A stretch of DNA of 64,000 nt, taken from positions 2,232,001 to 2,296,000 of the forward strand of contig NW_024704772.1 of assembly GCF_018977255.1 (NCBI RefSeq), in the 5' to 3' direction. This stretch comes from Callorhinchus milii. Its lineage: Eukaryota. The position numbers and the translations under genes are program-made. This document shows, piece after piece, positions 23,638-36,500 of this stretch. Each line of letters opens with the position of its first letter. Within the stretch, counting starts at the first letter, position 1. Under the pieces are notes generated by a model. The model ran no database searches. It was not told the DNA's origin and saw only the letters and a list, made by a program, of their open reading frames with translations.

Positions 23638-26600
23638 TCACAGCTCGTCGTGTTTCCTGGTGAGATCTTCCCCGTAGTTGGTGACCTGGCTCCCCACAAA
23701 CATACTCCAGTTCTCTAATATCTCAGCTTTCGTCATTTTGTTATCCTGTAATCACACACACACAGACACACATAGACGGACAGACACACACACACACACA
23801 CGCACACAGACGCAGGTACACACACACATAGAGTGAGAGACACAGCATGAGCGAGGCGGAGAGCTACACACGCGCGTGCGCGCGCGCACTCGCTCGCAGC
23901 AATGTTAAACCAGCTGCTTTACGGTTTTCCTGCAAATCTCCCGCTGGGGATTAACGGGTTAAACCGGACAGCCGCCTGAACTAACAGAGGAGATAGTGCG
24001 GGATAAAGAGAGAGAGAGAGAGAGAGGGACACATACACACACACACACACACAGAATGAGACGCACACACACAGATTGAGACACACACACACAGAATGAC
24101 AGAGAAAGACACACACAGAGGAGAGGAAGACAGACGGACAGACAGACAGACACACAGATGAGCACAGAATGAGAAAGACCGAGAGAGAATAATCCTCGGT
24201 TTGATAATAGCGCCTCATCATGTCGTCGAGTCGTCTCAAAGCGCTTCGCGGGGCTGCGTGGCTGTAAAGTGGAGTGACTGTATACTTTTGGGGCGCAACG
24301 CGGCAGCCAATTGCGCACAGCGGCGTCCCCAGAAACAGTCGAAGACGTGATGAGGCGCTGTGTCAAATCCAAGAACGATTAGGATTGTAAATAGACCAGT
24401 GGGAGTCTGACAGACACAGAAACCTCCGCTGCGTGTAAGTCCCTCAAGTCCTGAGCGCGTTCCTGACCTTGTTCATGTCCGACTCGTAGATTAGATGTCG
24501 AGATTCTGACTCCGCGTGATCGTATTCCCCCGGGAGGATCCACTGCGTGACCTCCTGCCTGTCCAGCTTCCCGTCCTTATTCGTATCCCGGATCTCCCGG
24601 AATTGCTGGCGTTCCGTCTTCACCCATTCCGGCTCCGGCTCCTCAGCCTCGGGATTGTACATGTCGTCTGTCGGGAAGAGAACAGGACAGAAATCGGACA
24701 CAGCGGCAGCCACAGCTTTACTGCGCCTCTCGCCCTGACCTGGGAGTGTGGACGGACGAGATGGCCGGAGCAGTAAAGAAATATTTGATGAGAGAGAGAG
24801 ATACATTCATTAACTCACAGATAAATTCATCCATATCCACAAAACCATCGCCATTCCTATCGATGTCCTCCATGGTTTCCTGTGGATAGAGACGGGATTA
24901 GAACCAGTACAAGGTTCCTATTAGTTACAGTCTACCCCTCTCCCCAAAGCCCACGATTGTGTGTGTGTGTGTGTGTGTGAGATAGATTCACCCCTTCAAC
25001 CACCGACAACCCGTCTCAAACACAGTTACCTTTTTGCCTGCGCTGTGGCCCGTTATATTCATCATAATAATCCTGGCATTCGATACGGCGCCTTATCACG
25101 CTGTTGAGACGTCTCAAAGCGCCCCACGGGATATCTTGCAAAGTGCAGTGACTTGTGTATGTCGTGGGTGAAACTCGGCAGCACCGGAGCGACCCCTCAA
25201 ACGTTTAACGGTGGATCGAGGGACCGAGTTCTTATTTTTTTGGAAGGATTATTACACCCGGAAAGCGATCCGCCAATTGACTTAACAACCGAGGTCCTAC
25301 TTCCTGCTGCGTACACAGAGCCGTGTGTGTGTGTGTGTGTGGAGTAAGGAAACTTGCCTAAGGTTTTGCCCTGCCCGGCCGGGAATGGAATCGAACCCGG
25401 ATCCTCTCTCTTTCGCGCGCTCTAACCACTACGCTAAGGGGCTTTGAACCCACACCCTTTCCGACTTGAGAGGTGAGAGCGCGCCGGGGTCGACGGGAGA
25501 TTGCGCGGTGAGCTTTGGCCACCGACCGACCGTAACAATGACGTCCTTCATGTAGTCAAACTCCTCCGGGTGCAGGAAAGCGGTGAACTCCTCCCGGGTA
25601 GCGATCAGATCGCCGTCCTTGTCCGCCATCTTGAACCTGCGCTCGTCACGGGACTGCATCTTTACGTAGCTGGCCTTGTCGTCCACGTCGTTGAACTCCT
25701 CGTTCTCTGCAAACGCAAACGCAAACGCTCCCTGTGACGTCGTGGCCCTATTGCCGGAGCGCCCCGGAGCCCCATCCTTTTATGCGTCACACCCCATCAC
25801 CGCACCGAAGAGTCTCCAAACCAAGACGTTGACCGGGAATTCCGTGCCTCCCTTCGGACATCCCAGAGATGACGATGGTATTGTAGTAAATACTAATGAA
25901 TAACCCTTGCATCGGATACCGCGCCTTACCGCGTCTCAAGGCGCTTCGCGGAACATACCGTAGAGTGTAGTGACTGTGTGTTGGGCACAGCAACAGCAGC
26001 GGCACGATCACATTGCTCTCGCGCCTTCTCACGTCGGGAGGACGTCCCGCAAACAAACCGTCGCGGATTGAGCGGCCAAACTATCACCGGGTTCCTACTC
26101 GGCCCCGAGTCAGCGGGCGCGTGGGTTGGAGTGAGGAAACTCGCCCGAGGTTGCGCCCCGCCCCGGGCATCGGACCCAGGACCCCGCAAGCCCTCCGCCT
26201 CGGAGGCCAGAGATCTCGCGACCGAGCCCCACCCGTCTACGTCGGTCGCAACGAATGTCATCGATCGAATGGGTGGGAGGGTGGGGGGCGGCTGATCGGT
26301 TGCGCTATACCACTATCGGCCACGGGAGGACGACATTATCAGCCCCCAACCCCCCCCCATCCCCTCCCCAAGTGGCTGTTTCTGGCCACTGCAAGAGGTG
26401 AAACCGATTGATTTGGGGGAAAAAACATGTGGATTCTTAAACTGCGGCTTTTAAGTGTGAAATTTCGCAACAGCTCAAACGGTTATCACGAGGGGGCGTC
26501 AACCGCAAGATTTGTGCAACGAATGCTCCCCCTTCTCGCTCACAGTTTGGCCGTGGGGGGCCGGGGGCGGCGGGTGGGGGGGGTGGGTGGGGAGGGAGGT

Positions 26601-28825
26601 GTTGAATGTTTCTCCGGTGCAGGGGAGTGAGGCCAGTGTGTAGTTTCGCTCGAGTTAATTAATAACCCTCGCATTCGATACAGCGCCTTATCAATGTGGC
26701 TGCGCCGTCTCAAAGCGCTTCACGGGATACCCTGTAAGGAAGAGTGACCGTCTATTTGCGGGCGAAAGGCCGGAGCTGTCCCACAAACAGTCGTGGATCG
26801 ATTGATCCAATTAGTATTAGTATTCTTATAATGTAATGTAATGCAATGAATTGAATGCAACATAATGAGTAAAATATAATGAGAACAACAACTTGCTACC
26901 ACTCTGGGTGGGGTGGGGGGGGGGGCGCTGTGTAAATGCACGTTGTTGTTGATGTTGGTTGCCCGCTGCTCTCTGGGGACTTACCCTTATAGTAACCGTA
27001 CGTGGTGTTCTTGTATTCCTCCCACGACACTTTGTCGTCTTTGTTCAGGTCGTATTCCTTCCAGTGCTTCTTCACGTTCTCGTCAATGAAACGGTTCTGC
27101 GTCCGCTTGATCCACTCCACCAGCTCCTCGTGGGTCACAAACCCGTCCTTGTTCTTGTCGATCCGGTCCACGATCTTCCTGAGAGAGCAGAGCCAGAGGA
27201 GGGGGTGAGAGAGGAGAGGCGGGAGAGAGCGAGAGCAGAGTACGGAGAGGGTGAGAGTGAGTGAGAGAGAGGGTGAGAGTGAGCGTGAGTGAGAAAATGG
27301 TGAGCAGGGAAAGGGGCAGAGGGTGAGAGAAAAGGTGAGAGTAGGAGAGGGTGGGAGGGGGGGAGTGAGAAGGTGAGAGCGTGTTTGTGGGATCACTGCG
27401 GCGTGCAATTAATTGGCTGTCGCGTTCCGCCCACAAACACGCACAGTCGCTCCACCTTACAGTATATTCTGCGAAGCGCTGTTGAGGTGTTGAGGATGGG
27501 ACGGTAGTCGCACGCGACAGACTCCAGGTCCAGTCTCCCGTGAAAGGGAAAGACAATTTTTACAAAAATTGCTCATTAAGAGTTCCCTTCCCATTCCATT
27601 TAGAGACACAAGAACATGAGAACTTGCTCGATAAAAGGAGACCAAGGTCCACCCAGTTCGCCTTCCGCCCTCCTGGCAGTTGCTTGACATGTCGCGTCCC
27701 AGACTAGACACCGTTATTCCCCGAGATATTATTTCCTCAAAGAAACCTATCTGATTTAACTGGTCTCCACTGTTTAAACCAGATGTTAAACCGGGAAAAG
27801 TAAAGCGCCCTCCAAAACCCTTGACGCTAAATAAGGGTAACTTTTGAAAGGAAATAATAATAGTCGTTGCAGTTAACGTTACTCTTGTCGCCTACTCTAT
27901 CTGTGCAGATCTCTCGTTGGGCAGTTAACTGTTACTTGTCTGTTTCTCTCACTCGCCACGTGTACAGATCAGCCACAAGGTTCTCATTTCAACCACATCG
28001 GGAGAGGAGGGGAGGTGGTGGGGGGGGGGGGGGAGTGGGATGTGTTGCCAGCTCAGCAAACAGAGCGAGAGAGAGAGAGAGAGTGAGAGAGCAATGTAGG
28101 GATGAGCAAGGGAGAAAAAACAATCTCGCAGTTTCTGCTGCGTTACAATTGCTAAACAAGTGGAGAGTGGCCCTTTTACGGCGACAAGTGACATTTACAC
28201 AGCGTCTTTCACGTCGGGAGGACCTCCCAAGGCGCTGGACAGTCAAAGATTTGGACCTTAACCCATTCCACCCTTGCATTTGATAACAACCCCTCTCTCC
28301 CTCAACACTCACTCACTCTCACTCAGTCACCTCCCTCCTCTCTCTCACTCCCCCCCTCTCTCTCTCTCTCTCTCAAATAATCCATGACTGCCCACAAAAT
28401 ACAGTCAACTCACTTTTACAGTGTATCCTGTGAAGCGCTTTGAGACGTCTCAAGGACGCTGTATCAAATGCAAGCATTATCATTAGTAGTGATAATAGTA
28501 GTCCTTGCATTTGATAGATGAATATCTTATATTTTAGTCTATATTATTAATAGTAGTAGTGTCAGAGTTACGGGAGTGAGTGTTAGTGTCACAATTACCC
28601 CAGCCTCTTTTTGCTCTCCTCTGTGGACAACGTATCGAAGGTTTCGGCCGTCTCTTTGCCCAGGAAGGCTTCGTGGTCGTACTGAAATCCCTCCGTTTCC
28701 TCGGGGTGTCTCTCCTCCAGGTCCTTGGCGTGATGAACCCGGTCTTTCTTCTCCGAGGTGGGTTTGCCAGTGACCGCGAGCCAGGCACAGAGAGACAGCA
28801 GGCAGAGCGAGGTCAACAGCTTCAT
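23638..28825 (-). CDS. RCN3: Reticulocalbin-3 (CREC-family ER EF-hand protein), 321 aa, HDEL isoform
   Basis: Exons (minus): 28825-28599 (signal peptide, [10 protein letters not shown]); 27178-26985; 25706-25531 ([30 protein letters not shown]); 24879-24819 ([20 protein letters not shown]); 24667-24468 ([12 protein letters not shown]); 23745-23638 ([20 protein letters not shown]). Total 966 nt, all GT-AG. Convergent with NOSIP, as for human RCN3. Confidence 0.93.
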
Positions 28826-29202
28826 GGCTGGAAAATTAACAAGACCCTGTGCGGGGCGAGAATAACGACGACAACAAGAACAAGTTACACTCAACACAGC
28901 GACTTTCATGTTGGCAATAAAAAAAAATATCCCGAGGATATCCCAAGGCCCCGGACGGTAAGGGATTTGGAAATAACACCTGATCGGCGTTAAGCATCAA
29001 ACTGAAGTTGACCAAACGTGCCCACGACGCGCGCCACCAGCGGAGATCATTTGAGCCACACCTCGGAAGCTTTTAACGCGAGGGTTTCAAGCAAATCTAG
29101 CGGCTACATCTGGAGCTTTACTCTGATCAGTCACAGCAGACGGGCAATCAAAGGTACCTTTAAATCTTTAAAGCCGAGCAAGCGAGACGGACAGAGAGAG
29201 AG

Positions 29203-29236
<34 letters not shown>

Positions 29237-30624
29237 GCGCACACTGAATGCCAGTGGCTTTGAGTGTGGGTCTGTGTCAGTCAGTCTGTCGGTTAGTCGA
29301 ACCTGGCTCGGTTTAGAGAGAAACGTGGCGTTAACACTGTTGGGAGGAGTTTGAGGGATGTCTCAACCACAGCTTTTCTCCTCGATGTTGCAAGGCTCGC
29401 TGTGTGTTTTTTTTATTTTGTGGCTTTTTAAAACTGCCTTCGGCTGCCATGTCTCGCCAACAAAACACACAGTCAGTTTGCTTTACAGTTCATCCTAGGA
29501 AGCGCTTTGAGACATCTCAACGATGTGCTGGTGACATTTACTACCCTTGCATTTGATATAGTGCTCGAAGGCGCTGTATCAAATGCAAGGATTATTACTA
29601 ATGTTATTATTTAACCTTTTGAGAAATCAGCCGCTGTACAAAAAAATTCTGCCCAAACCTCAACTGCAACCAAAGAGTCGTTAACAACAATAATAAAATA
29701 ATAACAATAATCCTTGCATTTGATATAGCGCTTTTCACGTCGGGAGGACGTCCCAAAGCGCTTCACAGAATATACTGTAAAGTGAATTGACTGTATATTC
29801 GTGGGCGAACGCGGCGGCCGATTGCGCACAGCGATGTCTCACAAACAGTCGTAGGGTAAGTGACTAGTTATCCAGAGTGGCGAGTCAGGCATACGTGTGA
29901 CACACGCACAAAAGTAAGTGGAATATTGATGGCATTGCGACTTAAGTGGTCAGTGATAAGTTTAAGTCAAGGTTGAGTTATCAGCATTTCTCTCTCTCTG
30001 CTTCCTGAAAATTGTTAATTATTAGAAATTTTTTCAGGGCGGTTCTGTGGTTATGTTTCCCGGACTGAATCACTCACGGGAGGAAATTAAACTCGTCCCC
30101 AAACGAGGGAACAGCCTTATTTCAACCTTCAGAATCCGTCCCACGCGAGAACACAGTGTTTCCTCGGGGTGGGGAGGGGGAAAAAAAGGAAAACGTTTAA
30201 GTTTTAACACTCATAATATTGTTGTCCTTCCATCCTTTCATCGAGGTAAACGATCAACATTTGTGGGCGAACCATCAACAGTCTTTTGAATGTTTAAACA
30301 AATCACAGTAACCTTTGTTTTATTATATATATATATATATATTTATATAATAAAAAAAACACAATGTGGAAAACTCCCCAAACAAAATTCCTCAAATGTT
30401 ACCAAACTGCTCTGTGGCCCCACGCAAAAAGTTTCTTCTCTTTTTGTGCGCGGGGGGTGGTGGTGGTGGGTGGGGGGGGTGGTGGGGGGCGGGAAAGCGG
30501 TCGCTCACACATATATTTAAACGGATCGACGAGATCACCGTTAGCATTTGAGGTGATCGATTGACACGGTTTGCGGAGCGCGCGACTGTCCGCCTCCTTT
30601 CGCCCGCAAAACGCACAACCGATT

Positions 30625-30950
30625 GGCTTTACGGTACAATACAATACAATAATATAGTAATAATATAGTAACAATAATCCTAGCGCTCTCTCTCTCTCTC
30701 TATATATATATGTAGATATATCCTGTGAAGCGCTTTGAGACGTCTCAACGACGCGATAAGGCTCTGCATTCAAAGGCAGGGACCGTGATTATTAAATAAC
30801 AAAATGCACAATCAATTCGCTTTACGGTACAATACAATAATATAGTAATAATATAGTAACAATAATCCTAGCGCTCTCTCTCTCTCTATATAGATATATC
30901 CTGTGAAGCGCTTTGAGACGTCTCAACGAAGCGATAAGGCTCTACATTTC
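30625..30950. repeat. Local tandem duplication of a ~140-bp SINE-tail-containing segment
   Basis: GCTTTACGGTACAATACAATA..CCTAGCGCTCTCTC..GAAGCGCTTTGAGACGTCTCAACG..GATAAGGCTCT occurs at ~30627 and again at ~30819. Confidence 0.8.
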
Positions 30951-31174
30951 CATTAAATAACAATTATGAAGAATATCTATATATATATATCTATATATAT
31001 AATCTCTATGTACACATTTAAAGTTGCTATTGACCCACTGAAACGATTAATGATCACACGTGTGAACAGAAGCAGCTCATCAACTGGATCCTGTGGTGTT
31101 CGGTCGAAGGCAATAAAAGATATAGGTCGTTATCTTGAGAAATAAATCGATAAATCACTCACTCACTCACTCAC

Positions 31175-31860
31175 CATCAAAAAAAAAAGTTGCTCGAGAT
31201 TTGTGAATGGGGGTCAGCGGTTGTGACAGTCACTGTATCGCTCTGTGGCCGATCCACCCACGTCACTCGGTTTGTTTTAAAAAAAAGAGGCGGGAAAGGT
31301 CACGCCCGTTCAAACCCGCCAATCGCGAGCCCGCTTTCATCCGCGGCCGACCGCCGCCCGGCTGCAACGAGCGCTCCGATTGGTCCTGGGCGGGCTGTGG
31401 CGCTCTCCCATTGGCACCCGAGCGCCACGTTGACAGGACGCGGCGGGGCGGGGCCACTGGAGGGTGGGGGAGAGTGCGCCTGCGCGCAGCGAGAGGCTGG
31501 GCGAGGGCTGGCAGTCTTGACGCGTGACGTCGACGGAGGCGTGCGTCCCTGATTGACAGCCGGCGCGCCCAATGGGAGTCGCGGTGCCGCGTCGATGACG
31601 TCGGCGGCCGCGCGTGGGACGGTGGCGCTGGTGCTGGTGGGCGGGGGCGGGGGGGGGAAGGGGGCGGCACCCTGTCTGTCGACCAATCAGAGGCCGGCGG
31701 CGGGCGCGCTGATTGGCTGCCCGGGGTTTGGGCGGGAAAGGGCTGGGGCCGGCGCGAGGGCTGCTGTCCGCCCGGAGCCTCGGCAGCGCGCGCGGCCCCG
31801 GAGAGGGCGTCGAGCGTCGCCTGGATGAGGCGTTTCTTCGGAGCTTTCTGCTAGGCCGTA
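31175..31860. promoter_or_regulatory. Bidirectional CpG-island promoter between RCN3 (-) and FBXO47 (+)
   Basis: Very CpG-dense. At least five CCAAT/ATTGG boxes, a GC box GGGGCGGGGC (~31445), CRE-like TGACGTCG (~31525, ~31596) and UPRE-like TGACGTGG on the minus strand (31258-31265). A minus-strand donor ATG|gtgagt at 31175 marks a probable RCN3 non-coding exon 1. Confidence 0.75.
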
Positions 31861-32480
31861 CCCCCCCCCCCCCCACACACACAGACACCCCCACACACAG
31901 ACACCCCCACACACAGACACCCTCCCCCCCCCCCACACACACACCCCACACACCCCACAGACACCTCCCTCCCCCACACACCCCCACAGACACCCCCACA
32001 CACACCCACAGACACCCCTCCCCCCACACAGACACCCTCCCCACAGACACCCCTCCCCCCCACACACCCCACAGACACCCCCTCCCCCCCACACAGACAC
32101 CCTCCCCACAGACACCCCCCCCCCCACACACCCCCACAGACACCCCCTCCCCCCACACACCCCCACAGACACCCCCTCCCCCCCACACACCCCCACAGAC
32201 ACCCCCTCCCCCCACACAGACACCCTCCCCCACAGACACCCCTCCCCCACAGACACCCCACAGACACCCCTCCCCCCCACACAGACACCCTCCCTCCCCC
32301 CACACACACACATCCCCCCACACACCCTCACACCCCCCCACAGACACCCTCCCTCCCCCCCACACCCCACAGACACCCTCCCCCCACACACTCCCCCACA
32401 GACACTCCCTCCCCCCTCACACACACCCACAGACACCCCCACACACCCCCACACACACCCACAGACACCCCCCCCCCCCC
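31860..32480. repeat. C/A-rich minisatellite (CACAGACACCCC-like)
   Basis: Tandem units directly downstream of the RCN3/FBXO47 promoter. A similar array at 6385-6770 spans a gap. Confidence 0.9.
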
Positions 32481-32627
32481 TCAGCTGACCGAGGCCTGGA
32501 GGTGAGGGAGGGAGAGGCTGTGGCACCTCGAGGGCCTTTTGCGCCATCACAATCTTTACATTCGACGCAGCGCCGTATCCCGTCGTCGAGACGTTCTCGT
32601 GGCGCTTCGGGCAGGCGGCGGGGGGGG

Positions 32628-32933
32628 NNNNNNNNNNNNNNNNNNNNNNNNNNNNNNNNNNNNNNNNNNNNNNNNNNNNNNNNNNNNNNNNNNNNNNNNN
32701 NNNNNNNNNNNNNNNNNNNNNNNNNNNNNNNNNNNNNNNNNNNNNNNNNNNNNNNNNNNNNNNNNNNNNNNNNNNNNNNNNNNNNNNNNNNNNNNNNNNN
32801 NNNNNNNNNNNNNNNNNNNNNNNNNNNNNNNNNNNNNNNNNNNNNNNNNNNNNNNNNNNNNNNNNNNNNNNNNNNNNNNNNNNNNNNNNNNNNNNNNNNN
32901 NNNNNNNNNNNNNNNNNNNNNNNNNNNNNNNNN
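32628..32933. other. Assembly gap (other gaps at 6514-6671, 10295-10430, 56395-56522)
   Basis: Runs of N. Confidence 1.
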
Positions 32934-33584
32934 GTGATTTATATTCGCTTGTGAGGTGAATTATATACTGTATATACACTGCCTTTATAAATATATATAT
33001 GTGTGTGTGTGTGTTGGGTGAATTTTATATAATAATTCTTGCATTCGATATCATGCCTTATAATGTTGTTGAGACGTTTCAAAATGCTTTACAGAATATA
33101 CTGTGTATTGTGGGTGAAACGTGAATTATATACAATTGTGTGTGTATATATATACACACACACACCCACACACGCGCGGGACAAGTCTCGCAGACTTGCT
33201 CCTTTTTTTGGGGGGGGGAAAAAGTCAAATGTTACCATAATTTTAGGAAAGGGAGAAGGGAATAGAAGGCTATAGGGGAAGAAATGAGGAGCAGGAGAGG
33301 CTTATGTAGAGTTTAAACCCTGACTTGGCCTATTTGAGCCGTAAAAGTCGATGTACCTGACGTGAAAGGCACTATACAAATGTAATTTTGTTGTTGTTGT
33401 TGTGATTCTGTGTGTTGTTTTGCCCCCAGAATCCAATCCCCCTACACTTTCAAGCTTGATAGATTTTATTGAGCTGTAGGAATCTTTAACGCCTGTCTGA
33501 TGTGTATATTTGACGTAAGTGCGCTTAACGTCTCTCGTTTGTTTTGTTTTTATCGGGAGTGTGTGTTTCCTTTGCAAACAATAG

Positions 33585-36500
33585 ATGAAGCCAACGGAGG
33601 GAGACGAGACACCGCTGAGGATAAATGCGTTCACCGTCATTCCAAAACAGAAATATCGAAGAAGTTGCAGGCATCTGCCACCCAAGAAAGATGACGACGG
33701 GCTGGAAAGTCTCCACCTACAGAATAGCTGCGGCTACTTCCAGATAATGCCGCTGGAGATTTTTCACAAAGTCTTGTGCTATCTCTCAGGTGTGTAGTTT
33801 GTGCAACTTCTGTTGTCACAAGTAATCGGGAATGTTTTTAACCGGCGTAGCAATAAGTCATTCGCTCAGGTAGTAGGACTCTGTGAGTCAAATGGTGTGT
33901 GTTGAAGGCCGAGTTTAAGATCATAGCTGGCACACCGCATTGTGGGTTAAACACAGTGTTGTTCGAGGTGCTATGTTTTGGATGAGATGTTAAACCGAAT
34001 GAGCAATGAATCAAGACACTGGGGAAGCNCCCCCCCAACCCCACTCCCTCTTTTCCAATAGCCTTGTTGTTTTGATAAAAGCGACTGACATTTTTGTCAA
34101 CGTGTTGTTGTTTTTTTGTTTTTCAGTGAGCGATATCAGCGTTCTGAGCATGACGTCAAAAGTGGTCAGCACTCTCGTGGTGGGTTACATTGCCACTAAC
34201 TCCGGGATCACACGACTTTTACTGCAGGGGTTTCACTCGACAGACATTTCGAAGAAATCGCTCGTCATCAAACACTACAGATCATTAGGTAACACCATGT
34301 TTTAGAGGGGCTTTTTTCCCCCTTCCACATTCCCTCCCCCTCCTTCCCCAATCTGCATGTCAAGTAGTTTTCTGCTCTTCCAGTTTCCGTGATGCTTTCC
34401 TCTTTTTCAAATCCCGCCTGAAAACCTTCCTCTTCAACTGTGTGGAGGGTGGTATATAAATGCAAGTTGTTGGTCAATACTTTTGCACTTAATCTGTGTG
34501 CGACTGGTTCAACAGCTTAACAACGTTTGGTTTCTTCCCCTTCAGGCTTGCTATTTAAGAGATGTACCCTCCTGTTGCCCACTAAGCAGAGACTAAAGTT
34601 TGCACATAACCAGTTGTTCAAGGTAAGACAGCACAACTGCAAAGATTTGCCCTCAAAATGCAGTCAGTTCACTTTACAGTGTATTCTGTGAAGAGTTTTG
34701 AGACTCACGAAGAAATGATAATGCGCTCTATCAAATGCAAGGATTATTATTTGTTAAGATACATTTTATTCTAATGTGTGATTTAAAAAGTGTATAAATT
34801 GAATTACAAACTAAAATCCTGGTATAAGCATTCTGAATTATCTGAGGAAATTCAGCATGTTATACCTCTAGTAGTAGTTGAGCAGAACAAATGCTAAGTA
34901 GGATAGCTCCGTTATTCTCGGGCTAATGAGCCTGGGTTTATATTTAAACATTCTGGATCGCTTGTTTGGTTGAGTGGGGGTATTGGCGTAGAAGGACATG
35001 TTTTCAAACCATAGCTTGAGTTATAGGATACTAAAGTCTCAGGTATTTTGTGTGTATTAATATTGTTTCTTAAATGCATTTTTTTTTGTTGCTATCAGAA
35101 TCCATGCTTCAGGATAGGCGGCTGTACCACGCTTGTAGAATGTTCTGGATTTGCCTGTTTTGGAACATTATTACAGGTAAGGTTCATATTGGGATCAATA
35201 AGGCTGGTGGCGGGTTCTGGCCAACTGCTTGTCCCTTGTGCCCTCAGTTCCACCATGGTGGCCAGCCCCGAATTTCTTGAACTCTCTTCCTCTATCCCTC
35301 CGCCTTGCCCCATCCTTCCCCATCTTGCGCTTGAAGACCTTCCTCCTCGACCGTGCTTACGGTCACCTCCCCCTGGCGTGGAGTTGTGCTCCGCCACCGT
35401 CTTCAGTTGCTACCCAGCGTGAGAGGCGCGATATACATGCGAGTTGTTGTCGCAGTACACTCGGTGGCTGCGCTTGTGATACAGCAGATTACACTCGCTT
35501 CGTTTGGGGGTTCACAATTCCAATAGGGCGGGAAGGAAGGAGGGAAAATATGCAAACCCAATTTTTTTTTATTTATTTTTTTTGACAGACCCTGATCGCA
35601 GGCTGGGACGAGCTCGAATGCAATCGCGTGTTTAACTTTCTGAACGAAACCGCGAATCTACCACGGAAAATGCAAAGCGTCGTATGCAGCAGGCCAGGTA
35701 AATTGATAGAAGCACAACACAAAGCCATAGTGTGCCCGACCAGCTAAGTGAACGGAAACACAAGGTGAAACGTGGTGCACAGCACAGCACGTCAGGTAAA
35801 TTGATATAAACTTAGAAGTGAAATTAAGTGTCTTAGTTTCGCAGGTCCGCTGCCGTCTGGAGTGAGGTAAGTCGGTTGTATGCCATTCCAAGCCACCACC
35901 GGTTGATGTTTCAGCAGTCACTGTGCGTGTGCGCGGAGAGACAGCTGACTCCGTCAGTGCTTCAAAACTCCCTTCACGCCCAGGGTGAGAAACCGATGAC
36001 GTGCCACTCCTGCCAACATCTCTTCCACGGAATGCCCTATGGGGATAACAACAGCAAATACTCTTTGAAAACAAAATTTAACCTTCAGAAATGGAAAGGA
36101 TAAAGACCCTGCACTGCATTCTTAATTGCTTGAAGCTTTTTTTTTAGGGAGGAGGTTCTGATGAAGAAAACATTCATTTCCTGAGCGTCTTGGGTCGAGA
36201 CGCTTCTCTCTCTCTTTAAGTGGGGTCTCCAAACTAAATAGGTTTTGCTGTGTGGTTGTACACAGCTTCTAAACACTAAGCATTTTGCTTACGTTCCTGG
36301 GGAAGCTCATGAGCATACGAATACAGGATTTATATTTTTTAAATGGATCGCCATTTGGAGATGCACTGATTATATCCAACCACCAGAGGTTGCTGGTGGA
36401 GTGTCCGAAGTTTATTTGGTTTATTTAGCAAGCAATAAGAACTTCAGAGTCCTGTCGTGTGTGACCATGATAACGCGGTGCTCGTTCAGACAGAAAAGAG

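Noticed and set aside
31337-32979. 350-430 aa ORFs on both strands
   Set aside because: They translate a C/A minisatellite, the GC-rich promoter and an N gap, giving low-complexity products.
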